From Azolla caroliniana (Eukaryota > Plantae > Polypodiophyta), in NCBI GenBank assembly GCA_043228905.1, contig JBHGNT010000017.1:14446001-14510000 (forward strand): a stretch of 64,000 nt of DNA, written 5' to 3'. The position numbers were made by a program, and so were the translations under genes. Shown piece by piece: positions 22,777-35,464 of the stretch. The notes under the pieces were generated by a model. The model made no database searches, was not told where the DNA came from, and worked only from the letters and a program-made list of their open reading frames with translations. The stretch's first letter is position 1. Every line of letters starts with the position of its first letter.

Positions 22777-25623
22777 ATGGCTACCCCCTTGCTGCTCCTC
22801 CTCTCCTCCTTTGCCCTAATTTGCCTCCTTTCTGATCATCCCATTTGCATCTGCTCCCATGTTGATGTGGGCATCCCACTCACCGCGCGGCCATTGTTGA
22901 AGGCGATCTTCGTGTTCGGAGACTCTTTGCTGGACCCCGGGAATGATGAGAAGCTCCTTACTCTGGCAAGAGCCAATCGGCTGCCTTATGGCCGAGACCT
23001 CCCCGACCACCGCCCGACTGGTCGCTTCTGCAATGGCTTGCTCACCTCGGACATTATTGGTATGGCCCCATAAATTCTCCCTTCCACCTGTAACCTGCTA
23101 AAGGTAAAATGTAAAGGGCCATTTGTATTGTAATTCATTTTCCAAACTTTGGCTTATTCTTTGTATTTCTGGAAATCTTAGAGGGTAAGGTTTTGTCTTG
23201 AGGAAATTGGTATTCTTTTGGCCCTGTTGTGTTTTGGAAAGTGATTTGTAGAGCCATTTTCTTAGGAACAGTGACTATAATATGAGGGGACATTTTCATA
23301 TGTTTTAGTAACAAAGGAGCATTCTTTTTATTTGTTCAAGACTTGGGTGTTTCTCGATGATGCTTCGGTGTTTTGCTGTATAGTTTGCTTCATTTTTTAA
23401 ACCGTAAAGGATAGGATTAATTGGGATATAGAAGGGCGTCTGATGTTTCTGATTATGGTCATCTTTGAAACATTTCGGGTAGCGCATTTTTTGGTGTTTT
23501 TCCATGGAAGTCTAATTTTGCTATCAATGGCTAAATGGATACATTTCATGTCTACTTCAAGAAGTTTACTCTCTTTCTTTCAGTTCTTTTGTAGATGAGA
23601 CAGCATTCTCAGTGGTAACCATAAGATGTAAATTTCTTTCTTTCTCCAATCCTATATTTATACGAGTAGTTTTTATATCTTCCTTTTCTTTCTTGAAAAG
23701 ATGTCATGTTGCTAAGGGTGGAGAGGATAATACTCAGGAGCTCTAAGTGGATTGTACATTTTAGAAGCCACTCTAATATCACATGAAAAAAGGGCCCCAA
23801 GTATGTCTAGATTTTGGTAGGAGTTATAATTTGTAACATAAAGTTATGTTTAGATGTTGGAATGGATTGTCATATGACATGAAAAAATAATCCTAGCTTA
23901 TGACATCAAATATTGTCAGAGATATATGGATTATTGATACAATGTAGTTTGTGCATTGAATCAGTGTGCAAATTACAATAATGAATTTTTCAAAAGGCAT
24001 TAAATCTTTCTTTTTGGTTCTGAGTTTATGTCTTTAACACCTTAGCTTTAGCTCATTTAAATTCCCATTTTGCACTAGCTTCATTTGCAGGCTTGCCATA
24101 TCCTCCAGCTTATCTTCTCAATAAAGACAACATAATGACTGGAACTAGCTTTGCATCCTCAGGGGCCGGAATTATGAACCTCACAGGTTACCAACTGGTA
24201 ATTTATGTTATATAGTTTGAGTAAACCATGTACAATAGCACCAAAATTGTTGATAATAAAGTCCATTTGATTGTATATATGAATCTAAGCATGAATTGGT
24301 GGTACAAATAGTGTCTTTGACATTGCATAAAAATGACTTCATGGTAGCTTTTGCTGTGTGTGTCTTGATATCGCTAAAACTGAAGCATGTTTACCGATAT
24401 ATGAGTTGGCTGATCATAGTGGTGGTGTTGCACGTTCTATTTCAGTGTTAATCGCATACTAGCTAGTAAGCCAAAGATAGAATATATACATACTCACATA
24501 CATTGTGTGTATATGCATTATGTATGTATGGATCAATGTGTATCCAAAAGTTTAATGACAAGTTGTGGTGCTTGGAACAGCTGCAGCGAATCGACTTCTT
24601 TCAGCAGGTTGGTTTCTTTAAGGATGTGAAACAGAAATTGGTGGAAAGGCTGGGAAGTGAAGAGGCAAGGGTTATGCTCTCAAGTGAGTCATTAATAATT
24701 GTGTGTTTGGGCAATAATGACTACCTCACCAACTACTTCGGTAACCCTTTTGGCCTTAGCTCGTCACAACGCAAGTACTCACCTAACCAATTTTGCAACC
24801 TTCTCATCTCCATCTACAAGGAAAACTTAATGGTAACTCTTTTCATAGTTAGATATGCAAAAGTGGGATTGTGTAAGATTTAAGCTTAAATACAACGCAA
24901 AAATTATTTCTATGCTTCCTAGAAACCTGCCATTATATATTTGAAGGCAATGCCTTTCAGATTATGTGTTAACACATAACATCTTGCTATATGAATGTGT
25001 AGGAGTTATACAATGCCGGGGCTCGGAAGTTCGCAATAGTGTCGCTTTCTGCTATCGGTTGCACTCCATTGGAGCTACTCATAAGTCGTAGCCTCGATGG
25101 AAGCTGCAATAATGCTGTCAACAATGAGGTAATAAGGTTTAATAGTGCCTTGCAAGCAATGATAGAGGACTTGCAAGCCACATATTCAGATGCGCACTTC
25201 ACCTTCCTCAATTCCTTTAATATGGTGTACCAGATCATCCAAAATCCTACTGCACACGGTAATATGACATCTCATTAGAAATCTCTTGATTACTAAATTT
25301 CTAAGTACATCGTCATTTGAGGTATCATGAGATAGATCTTTTGATGAGTAGTTTATTTTACTTGTGTGAGCCCTTAAAGTTTTTTGAGATTTTTGATGTC
25401 AGGTTTTGTGTATGGTTCGAAGGCTTGTTGTGGAGCAGGGCCATATAAGGGGATTCCTTGCTATCGAATTATTAGTTCAGTTTGCAGAAATGCTTCACAG
25501 TATGTTTTCTGGGACTTTGCGCACCCGACACAAGCCATCAATGCTGTTTTAGCGAACCAATTTTGGAGTGGATCCTCACCTGATGTCTCCCCATTCAACT
25601 TGCAACAATTGATTGCCTTGTGA
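22777..25623 (+). CDS. Secreted GDSL esterase/lipase, 5 exons, 376 aa
   Basis: Exons 22777-23059, 24079-24197, 24581-24832, 25003-25258, 25403-25623 (1131 nt, GT-AG introns). Signal peptide, [40 protein letters not shown]. Confidence 0.95.
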
Positions 25624-26273
25624 TATGCAAAGCATCCAACCACAATTTTTAACTAATCATATTCACTTATTTTAAATTTCTTTTGGTTCTCTGAACCGGT
25701 GGAACATTTTCCAGTTGCTCTTGGATTTTTCGAAGGTCGAGTAAGGTTTACAAGATGGATGTTTTTCCAAATCTAGCCGTCACCAAGAGTGAAAGACTTA
25801 TTGATCCTAGTTGTTTACATAGAGGAATTACCTATATAATCTTGTACAATTAACGTGGATTTAATGTTTGGTCTCGTCTCAAATATCAATTTGATGTCGA
25901 TTTGGTCTTTTGCTTTATGTTATACCATATAGACAGACAGATTCACGTCAATACTAGTCACTTGGGCATCTTGAAGAAGTTAATATAAGCATCTCTCTGT
26001 CTCTTGTCTTTTCTTTTCTTTTTGTAAAAGCACGCAATTATATTAATTGTATGGAAAATCCACTTGTTAAAACTTCGTAGTCTCCTCTACCCACCTATCC
26101 TATGTAGAGAGAGGAACATCATGTAAACTTTAAAGCCATTAGAAAACCTAAATATGAGACTACTGGAGAGATAAGATAATCACATACATTTCTAACCATC
26201 TCTCTCTCTCTCTCTAGTCTCATAGGTCATAATTGACCTTGGAAGACAATAATATCTATGTATCTATCTCCAC

Positions 26274-26304
<31 letters not shown>

Positions 26305-26322
26305 AAAAAATATTGCTCATGT

Positions 26323-26590
26323 TCAAGGCATCACTTTTCATCTTAGATGGATGAAGGAAATGTATGCATGGATGGTTCTGTTGAAAGTATCTTGATTTCT
26401 TTACCCTGAAGTTTGGCATTTCTTTGCACATTCAATGGATGATCCAATCAATTGGTCAAGGCATCACTTTTCATCTCAGACGGATGAAGGAAATGTATGC
26501 ATGGATGGTTTTGTAGAAAGTGTCTTGATTTCTTTGCCCTAAAGTTAAGCTTTTCTTTGCACATTCGATGGAAATTATCCAATCAATCAA
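26323..26590. repeat. About 134-bp diverged tandem duplication following a poly(C)-poly(A) tract (26273-26310)
   Basis: tcaaggcatcacttttcatct..ggatgaaggaaatgtatgcatggatgg at 26323 and about 26456. Confidence 0.85.
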
Positions 26591-28801
26591 TGACTATTGG
26601 AAATGTGATAATCTCATTTAACGGATGTTGGGAATAACATTTTCTCATTCACTAGATTAAAGTTGTTGGGAATGACAATAACTTCTTGATTGATGTCATC
26701 GAGGATGCCTACCCCTTTGTGAGATGATTCAATCAAAAGTTGAAGTTTACATTGACCAAACTTTGTGCAATCACGAGTTGATGGATGATATGAACCATTT
26801 CTCGTCATATAACATGACCCTAGAGCTATAAAAGAACAATTTTCTTCACCAATCAATAATACTTACGAGTTTGGATCTTGCAACCCAAGTCTTGAATAAA
26901 CCAATCTTCAAAGTCCTCGTGTTCTTTTTAAAACATCTTGTCGAACCTTGCTAAACTTCACACCATTTTTATGTATGTAATGAACATCTACTCAAATTTT
27001 GTCTTTGAATATATTAAATATAAATATGTGGACACAACCTCAAGTAAGGAACTACAAAATACAATTGAGTTTCTCTTCATTTCCCTTGATGACCCTTTGG
27101 TGTCATCATCTCCTCAAATGAATAGACCACATAATTGTTGGGCCAGGGGCTGACCATGGGTATTTCGAGAAATAAAGAAAACTTGCAGGCATTTGGGGAA
27201 ATAAAGAACCCATGGGATGCTTTTACTTGAATTTTGATGGAAATGCAGCCAAGGATCTTAGAATCTTGCCTTTTAATTTAATTTTTTTGTAACAAAAAGT
27301 TTACTATTTTGGCTCAAATGTAAGTAAAGTAAAACATGACACATTTTGGTCAAAATGCACTCCCAAAAAAACTATATAATGACATTTTGAAACCATACAC
27401 TTCGTTTTGAGCACTTAAAAGTTCTTCAGCACAATATACAAAGGAGCACAACACTTTCATGTAACATAGCAACATGAAAAGGGGGCCTAACAAAAGTGGT
27501 TCAAAGTTACAGATATATGTAGCATAAAAAGAACCTTAACAAAGTGATTCCAAGATTCAATTGCACAAACTAACAAGTCCCTTGATCAATCATTTTCAAC
27601 TTCACGAAACCAGAGAAAAACAAAAATTCATTCATTCACAACCAGATTCAACAATTATGGAGAAAGAAAACAACCGAGAGATTCAAAACATCTATATTTT
27701 GTTCAGAGTTCATTCCTCACGATAGGGCCTACTATGCTTGGAAGTATCGAAATGCATCAACATAGCTCTCAATGTCATCCTTCACATGATTCAATTTGGA
27801 CAACGTACCACTTCTAGATAGGGTCCCATCGACTACCTCACTTGGGTTTTTTTGTACCCATCTATAATTCTTTGAAGTTGATGTTTTGCCACCATCTTCT
27901 TTGATAAGACAAGGATCAATAGGAAGATCCTTCACCTAAGTGAATATGTTCTTCAGGCAATATTCCTCCTTGGAACTTGTCACCCAAAGGACTAGTAGTA
28001 GAAGTAGTGATATATTTGGTTGTCTTGTTTTATGAGAGCACAACTAGAGGTTGCCATGTGGTCCTAGTCATCTTGTCATCATGTAAAGGCTTGTCTAATG
28101 GGCAATGCCCATGCCCCATTTCAATAAATACCTTAAAGGAAAAGATGCCTAACACCATCTATAGTATTATATTTAAGGGGACAAATTCACATTCACCAAA
28201 GGAAAATTTGAGGCAATTCCAAACACCGTCTTTCCTTGATATTGTTTTAGCACAATCAAATTATGTTATCACGTGAGCCATAACATCAAACAACTCCAAC
28301 ATGCTAGGGTCTCATCAAATTATGCAATAGCATGCCTATTGAGCTTTCCCATTGATATTTCAACATGATCACTAATATTTCATGAGAAAAGTAGTTCTAT
28401 CCAACACAACGTATCAATTTTGATCAATTTTGATTAAAGGAGAAGAGTTATGGAACATTATTGCTTTAGGTCTAATGGTTATAAAACTTTATTGATTAAA
28501 TTTGTGGCAGTTTAGTTTGGATTTCTGTAATTTTTGCTTGGTAAAAGTCCATTGTACTTCCAATTTTCATGAGTGAATGGAGTGGCTTATTTGTTTTCAC
28601 AATCAAAGAAATAAGCAGCAGTCAACCAATTAAAATCATCAACAAGTTGACATATTATAGATTCAACATCTTATAGGGGTACACAATTAGTTGGAGTACC
28701 TTAGCCTAAGAGCATTGCATGTTAGATTTGTCATATGTGCATGCATGTAGTATGGTAGGATTTTAGGGTATTACATACATATCCACGTGGATAAGTGGTA
28801 C

Positions 28802-29030
28802 ATTGTAAATAGTTTCTCCTTTAAATCAGATCGCATACATTAGCTAGCATAAGTTGCACATTTTACCAATTTGTAAATCACTTGGTGGTGATGTAATAGG
28901 TCATTCAAAGATAGTTATGTCGTAAGTTGTAAATTGTTTCTCCTTTAAATATGGTTGCATACATGCTAACATAAGTTGCACTTTTTATCAATATGTAAAT
29001 CACTTGGTGGCGATGGATTAGATCATCTAA
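28802..29030. repeat. About 125-bp diverged tandem duplication
   Basis: ttgtaaat.gtttctcctttaaat..gcataca..cataagttgcac..gtaaatcacttggtgg occurs twice. Confidence 0.85.
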
Positions 29031-31737
29031 AATTCTTAATGATGGCCTTGGTTGAAACCACAGACCGTAAGGTTCCTAGCTTTGAGATCATGGGTTCACA
29101 ACTTTATTAGTTGGGATAGTTGTCACATGTTTTCTTCATATTCTTCAGGGCTTTTGTCCAGTGGCTTAAATGGTGAAATTTGGCTTACGAAATCCGAGAT
29201 GTGGTGTGGTCTCCAAATAAACAAGGGATATTACAAGTAAAGCACAATGTGATGCAATAACTCGTATTTCAAAATGTAGGAATGAATTAACCTTTAGAAA
29301 CAAACAAGATAAGTTTCCGAACTATTGCTTTACAACATGAAAAATATCAACATTAACCCCCTCTCATTAGCGGGTAATCAACTATACCATAGGTATTTAT
29401 TAAAATATCATGACATACCCTTGGTCAAAACTAGATATATCACATGCACCTTAAATCATGCGTTAATGTTATGCCTAATGTTCTTTCCATGATTAATCAT
29501 TCATTTGGGAGAGATGCAATTAACAACGTTGCATATTTCATTGTCAATTATCGAAGCTGGACAAATTTCTTTTTCTTACCATGTCCTTGAGTTTATCGAC
29601 CTTCGAGCTCTCGACCAAATACATGGATGACACGTGTACTCATTCTACTGGTCATTTTCAACATTCTGATTACTTGTTTGGTCACCCCTCGAAGGTTTAC
29701 ACCAACATTATCAAGTTATCAAAGCATTTTCTCCTTTTTGCACCCCCATTAGGGAAAAGTATATCTATTAGAGATGTATGTACCTTTTCGTCTTTCTTTT
29801 TACTAGGGCATAAGGTGGCATTTTTTCTACAAATATCTCATATGGTAGACCGTAGGATTAATACTATACCTAACACAAAAGCTATAATGTTGATGTTTTC
29901 CGCCTTTTAGGTACAATAAAGTCCATAATATTCAAACCTACAGAGGTAGTAACAATGTAAGCAAATGGAGAATGGAAGCACTACTAAAGAATCTAAACAT
30001 TTTTACAAAAGCCAACCCATATTTCACAACCTAGAAACAACCAAAGGTTAAGGTGAATTACGAGTAATTTGAGGTTTATGATTGGTGGAATGTTGCAAAA
30101 TTGATATCGGTCATAAAGGTCAACATACCTTTGTAAACAAAAGTTACAAAAAGACGAGGATTTGTCTTATAGGATGAAAACGATCATCGAAACATAGAAT
30201 TGTGACTATCCTCATAATGCCAAATGTCTTTATGGGTATATTCACTTGAGAATATTGTAGCATTGTTTATAAGTTCAAAGAGTCCTTGTGTGAAAATGAC
30301 GTATATTAATTATTTTACCTAATATAACCATGTTTGCTGATCGTCGAGAATTTAAGAACAAGTGAACAAAAATTAAATCTCACTACAAGCTCGTATTCAT
30401 TAATGTCTTGTAGTGATTTCCAAAGAACATAAGTGTTATTAAACTCCTTGAAGGATGTGTGGCAACCAGTCCAATGATGCATGTAGTCAATAAATTAATC
30501 TTAAAGCAAAGGTTATAACTTATATATATGTATGTAAGGAGCTTTTTCAAGTTTTATGCACGGGACAAAAATACTTTAGCTAGTGTCCATGATTCCCGTA
30601 AGGCTTCATTGAAGGTACTACGAACCCTCGCACACGTAGCATGACACTTTTGAGTCTCCAGTGTAAAGAACGGAAGGATATATGTACATATATGTTCATA
30701 TATTGTTTCTCGATTACCAATATTATTCGAGGGAAATAGGCCATGTATGCTTCTATCTATGAGAAGTTCAAAGCGTATGCTTGCTTGTATGTAAAGATAA
30801 TACACATATATGCTTGGTCAAATGGACTTCTAATCATATGATAATCAAGATTTAAATAGATGACTTTACTCAAAAATGATTTCTCCAAATCTTGGACATC
30901 AACCCCCACAAAACAACTATGTGTGTCGTCCCAACAATTATGTGGCCAATTCATTTGTTTTTCTTGATCATTTGTGCTATTTGACCAAAGAAGACATATC
31001 AACTTCCTAATTAAAGAGTAATTAGTATTTGGACTTGGTACATGATCTTTACTTAAGGCATAAGTAACTTTGGATAGGCAAACAAAGGTAGTTTTGCAAA
31101 TAAGCCAACATATCTTTTAAGATTCTCCGACATATTTTGGTGATTTTCCATATGGTCAATAATACATGTACAAGTTTAAGCAAAAGTAAGAATAATGTAA
31201 GTTCAAATAGGATGGATGGATACATACTGACAATAATGATGATCCTATGACAAATGAAGACATTGACAAAGTTAACCAATGGAATTTTTTGGAAGAGTCA
31301 TATAGAAGAAGAGCAATTGAGAGAATTTGAGACTATACACAAATGTTTCAATAAGGCATTATTTTGTTTCATGGAACATGCGTGACATTTTCGGACACCG
31401 TGCTAAAGTAGGGCCACATATTTGATCATGTGCCCCTTCTTTATTTATAGGCTCACACTTCACTACATGAATTAAAAACTCATTCAAGTTGTTTACACTA
31501 CGCAAAGCAAAAATTATGGTGCATGAGGAAATGAAGTTGACAATCCAAGTTTTCGAAACAAGCGCGATATGTGGTTTAAATGATCATATCATCCACTGAG
31601 AAAGTTATCATTTTATGCATTATAACAAAGCTTTGGAATGCATGATGAAGCTCCACTTTTAACTAAACATTATATCATATCATAAGTTATAACATATACA
31701 TATATCATTATATGTATGCATGTTTAAGCAACATCTT

Positions 31738-31934
31738 CTTCTTCTTCTTTTCCAAAATGAAGCTACTTTCCCATTAGTTAGGAAGGATTATTACAAAGAG
31801 AATGTACAAGGAGGCTTATACATAGATCGGGGAATCTCCCTCCGATCAAGTTCAAGAAAATGAGACTAGTTACATCGCCTTTCAGACTGACTACTTAATG
31901 TAAGTACTATAGCTAAAAACAATGCCCTTCAGTG
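31738..31934 (-). mobile_element. Short non-LTR retroposon insertion (5'-truncated LINE or SINE) with (AAG)n tail
   Basis: 14-bp direct repeats TTAAGCAACATCTT at 31724-31737 and 31935-31948; (CTT)n at the left end. Confidence 0.7.
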
Positions 31935-34301
31935 TTAAGCAACATCTTTTAATACAAATGTTCACCATGTAGACGCATTTCGAATGGTTTGTGTGTTTTT
32001 GTCAATAGATCCACATACATAAAACCCTAGATGAAAATAATCCCCTATAGATTCAATAATGAATCCAAATGCTTATAAAAATGAGAGATACCATACGTGC
32101 TCACTGCTCAGTGAGATTATGGAACTCAATTGTAATGAGGATCATCCTCACTATTGACTCACCACCTTGGAAATTTTCATTTAAGTATGGTTTGATGTAG
32201 GGGAGGGGGAAATTATGCAAACATTGAATCCACAATATACATTCGTATTTGTGTAACTTTTTAAAATTTTGAAATTATGCTTGGCCTGTAAAACTGTAAA
32301 AAAATAAATTGAAGAGAATTTTGTTAAAGCAAGAAGACAAATTGAAATTTTCAAGTTCTGGTTGACGATTATTTTGTCGACATGAGATTGTGTAAGGGAT
32401 GGAGAATATTTCGTTGAACCACGAGTCAAGACACATGAGTTTTTACCTAGATAAGAGGGGGGGCTAGCCTAGGGAATGTTCACACTAGTTGTGTGCAAAA
32501 ATGATTCATAAAACTGCGACCAAAAGGATACTTTGATACCAATATTGTAGGCATCTTATGTTATGTATGCACTTTACTTGTGTCAAGCTCGTAGCCAAAA
32601 ATCAAGCGTTTATTCTTTGACTGACTATGAAACTATGCCTACTAGTGCCTTATGATTTAAAAATCTATATTTTTGTTTCTTTGTAAACATTTGAAGTTAT
32701 TGTGTATGTATCTCAAGTTTAGATGGATTTAAAGAGAAAACAAAAAAATTCCTAGGAAATATGTTATGTTTTGTATGGAGATGGTTTAAGGAGCAAGACT
32801 TACCGCCAACTAATCAAGGCTTAGCTTAGAAGGTGGTGCCAAATTAAATGCATTTTGTTTAACCATTCTAAAGTGCTACAGTTTGAGGAAAGATCTAGAA
32901 GGCTTGAGTTGTATCGAGTTATATATTGAGTTGCTCACATGTTAAGCCTAACAGTGAGTAGCAAAAGGTATGGTGAAAACTTGAAATTTTGGGGTTAAAC
33001 AGAATAATGTATTGACGTACATACATATGACTAGGGGTTTCCAATCATAACATATTGGTCCTTTGGTGTGTGAAACAATGTAAGTCATGTGCTTCTGTGT
33101 GGTTTTACTATGCATGTCACTAACTACTAAAACAATTGAAGTCATTCTTTTAATGGAAATCAAACATACATTCCTATCGATATAAAGGTGTGTGTAAAAA
33201 GTCATCGATAACCGAAGTAAAAAAAAGGGAAAGAGAGAGTGTATTAAAACAAGAATGAACATTAAAGGCGTGAAATTAAGGGTCGAGAAAACTGGTAAGC
33301 GAAATAAGAAACGCCCATTTTAATAGTATCAATATGGAAGTACCCTTACTAGTTTCCAAAATGATGGAAAGCATGTTTTTGGGTCAATAAAACTAGGATT
33401 TTATGATTTCGCAAAAGAGAGAGAATTGATGTAGATGATATATTATTCTCCTTGGGGACCAATAACATGACCTTGGGGGTGAGAGAGAGAGAGAGAGAGA
33501 GAGACCCCGAGGTTTACTAAAGTGTCAACTTACCTCCTAAAAATCTACTCGCAATGCCCGCCAACAAGTAGCATCCATCAAAAGATGTAGTATCATGCGC
33601 TTCATATACATTCACATGTGGAACACTTCACCTAATGTGGCATATGAACTGTAATGAGAGGATCAGAATGTGGTTGGTTGAAGACCATGATGGGATTCAA
33701 GAGTCGGCACGATGCCTGAACAAAAAACAAATGTTCACATGTTTTTGGCAAGAGGATTCATGTTTGCTAGGGAGTTTGAACAATCAAGCAAGAATTGGTT
33801 TGCTAGTTACAAAGCGGTGTGCGAGTCTCTCTTGTTCTCTTCCTTGAGTCTCTCTTGTTCTCTTCCTCTGGAAGCAGAGAGTGAACTTACGATCATTTTT
33901 TTAACATGGGGTGGGGGCAAGAGAGCAGTTAGTCCATGGTAAAAGAAGGCAATTGTAGATCTTAATTTTCAGGATGGAGGGCATTGGGAGAGGAGAGGGA
34001 TGTGCATGCACAAGAGAGGTACGTTGTAGCATCTAGAGGCGAAGGTGGTGGGGGTGTGGGGACAAGCACGATGGTGGTGAGACAATGACAAAGAGACAGA
34101 TAAAGACATGGAGATAGAGATAGACATAGTGAGTATGTTGTAAAGTAGAATTCTTTTGCCATTGGTGAAGGAGAGGTTTGTTTGTACACACACATACACA
34201 ATCACTCACTCACTCACTCATTGATAGAGAGAGAGAGGGAGAGCTCGTGACTTTTGTCTATAACTAAAATTGAGGGAGTAGTGATGGTACTACTACTACT
34301 A

Positions 34302-34302
34302 C

Positions 34303-34363
<61 letters not shown>

Positions 34364-34411
34364 TGCACATACACATACACATACACATGCACATGCACAT
34401 GCACATGCACA
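34302..34411. repeat. (CATACA)n(CATGCA)n microsatellite
   Basis: Direct reading. Confidence 0.95.
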
Positions 34412-34888
34412 CATTTGCTACATACAACATACATCCACATGTATGATGTGTACTACATAATATGGTAGTGATGTGACTCTTGTTCCTCCTCTCCTCTTCT
34501 TTAGCTTGCTTGCTTCCCATTCAAGCATCAATCTCAAACTTCCACACACACACATGCACATAAACTAAAGGGTGGGTTCCATCTATAGACCCCACACCCC
34601 CCACCCCCAAAAGAAACCCAATCAACACACATAACAAGCAACTCTACTATAGTAGTTAATATCATGTATTGCATTGCATTGTGTACATAAGAGTATGTAT
34701 GTAAGAGTGAGACTTCCTTCTCCTTCCTTCTCTCCCTCTTCTTATCCCCAACTCCATCTCCTTCACTTATTTGGTTTTCTTCTTAGTCTTCAGCTATAAT
34801 AAACACACACAACACAACACAAACACAAACACATAAATCCATCTCTCCCACCCTTTCCTCCTCCTACTAACTCCACCTCCAAAAGACA

Positions 34889-35464
34889 ATGCTCAATCTC
34901 CTCTCTCTCATTAGTGCTCTCCTTCATCACCATAACCACCATCACCATCACCATCAATTCCTTCTTCTTCTTCTTCTTCTTCTTCTTCTTGGCATAGCTC
35001 TTCTCCCGGAATGCGGTGCGCGGCTCCTTCTCGATGATGGTACACACGAGAGCATGCCATGGGGTGGCGCGAGGTCCGTTCCTCGGCCAATCCCGTCCTT
35101 CGACCGTGATTCGGCGCCCGTCCCTCTCCCCGAGTTCCCCACCCTCGGCCCACCCATGGTTTGGTCATTCCCTGCACCTCCCCTGCCTTCTTCTCCTTCT
35201 CCTCCATTACATCACATTGTTCCCATCTATCCTGGCATCAAGCATCCATCTCCTCCTCCTCCTCGGCTATCGCCATCGGAAAGGCGGCATCGGAAAAAAC
35301 ACTGCTCATACAACAACCCCCCTCCTCCTCCTTCTACTTCCCCTCCTCCAATTATCAGTGTTGTTGCAGCTGAGCCTGTAACTTACCCTGGCTACACCAT
35401 AGAAGCTCCAGAGAGTGCTCCTCAACCAGTTGCTGGAGGCCCTGTTCCCCCTTCTTCTTCTTAA
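34889..35464 (+). CDS. Secreted proline-rich (HRGP/extensin-AGP-like) protein, 191 aa
   Basis: Poly-Leu hydrophobic core, then CGA/RLL cleavage-like site; SPPPP and PPPPPSTSPPP motifs, basic RRHRKKH, APESAP; CT/CA-rich leader. Confidence 0.75.
   Translation: MLNLLSLISALLHHHNHHHHHHQFLLLLLLLLLLGIALLPECGARLLLDDGTHESMPWGGARSVPRPIPSFDRDSAPVPLPEFPTLGPPMVWSFPAPPLPSSPSPPLHHIVPIYPGIKHPSPPPPRLSPSERRHRKKHCSYNNPPPPPSTSPPPIISVVAAEPVTYPGYTIEAPESAPQPVAGGPVPPSSS

Noticed and set aside
26600-31400. Faint transposase- and Copia-like traces, including similar segments near 27120 (+) and 30940 (-)
   Set aside because: Too decayed to assign by eye
34214-34520. Poly-CV, poly-HT and poly-CM ORFs
   Set aside because: Hexanucleotide microsatellite
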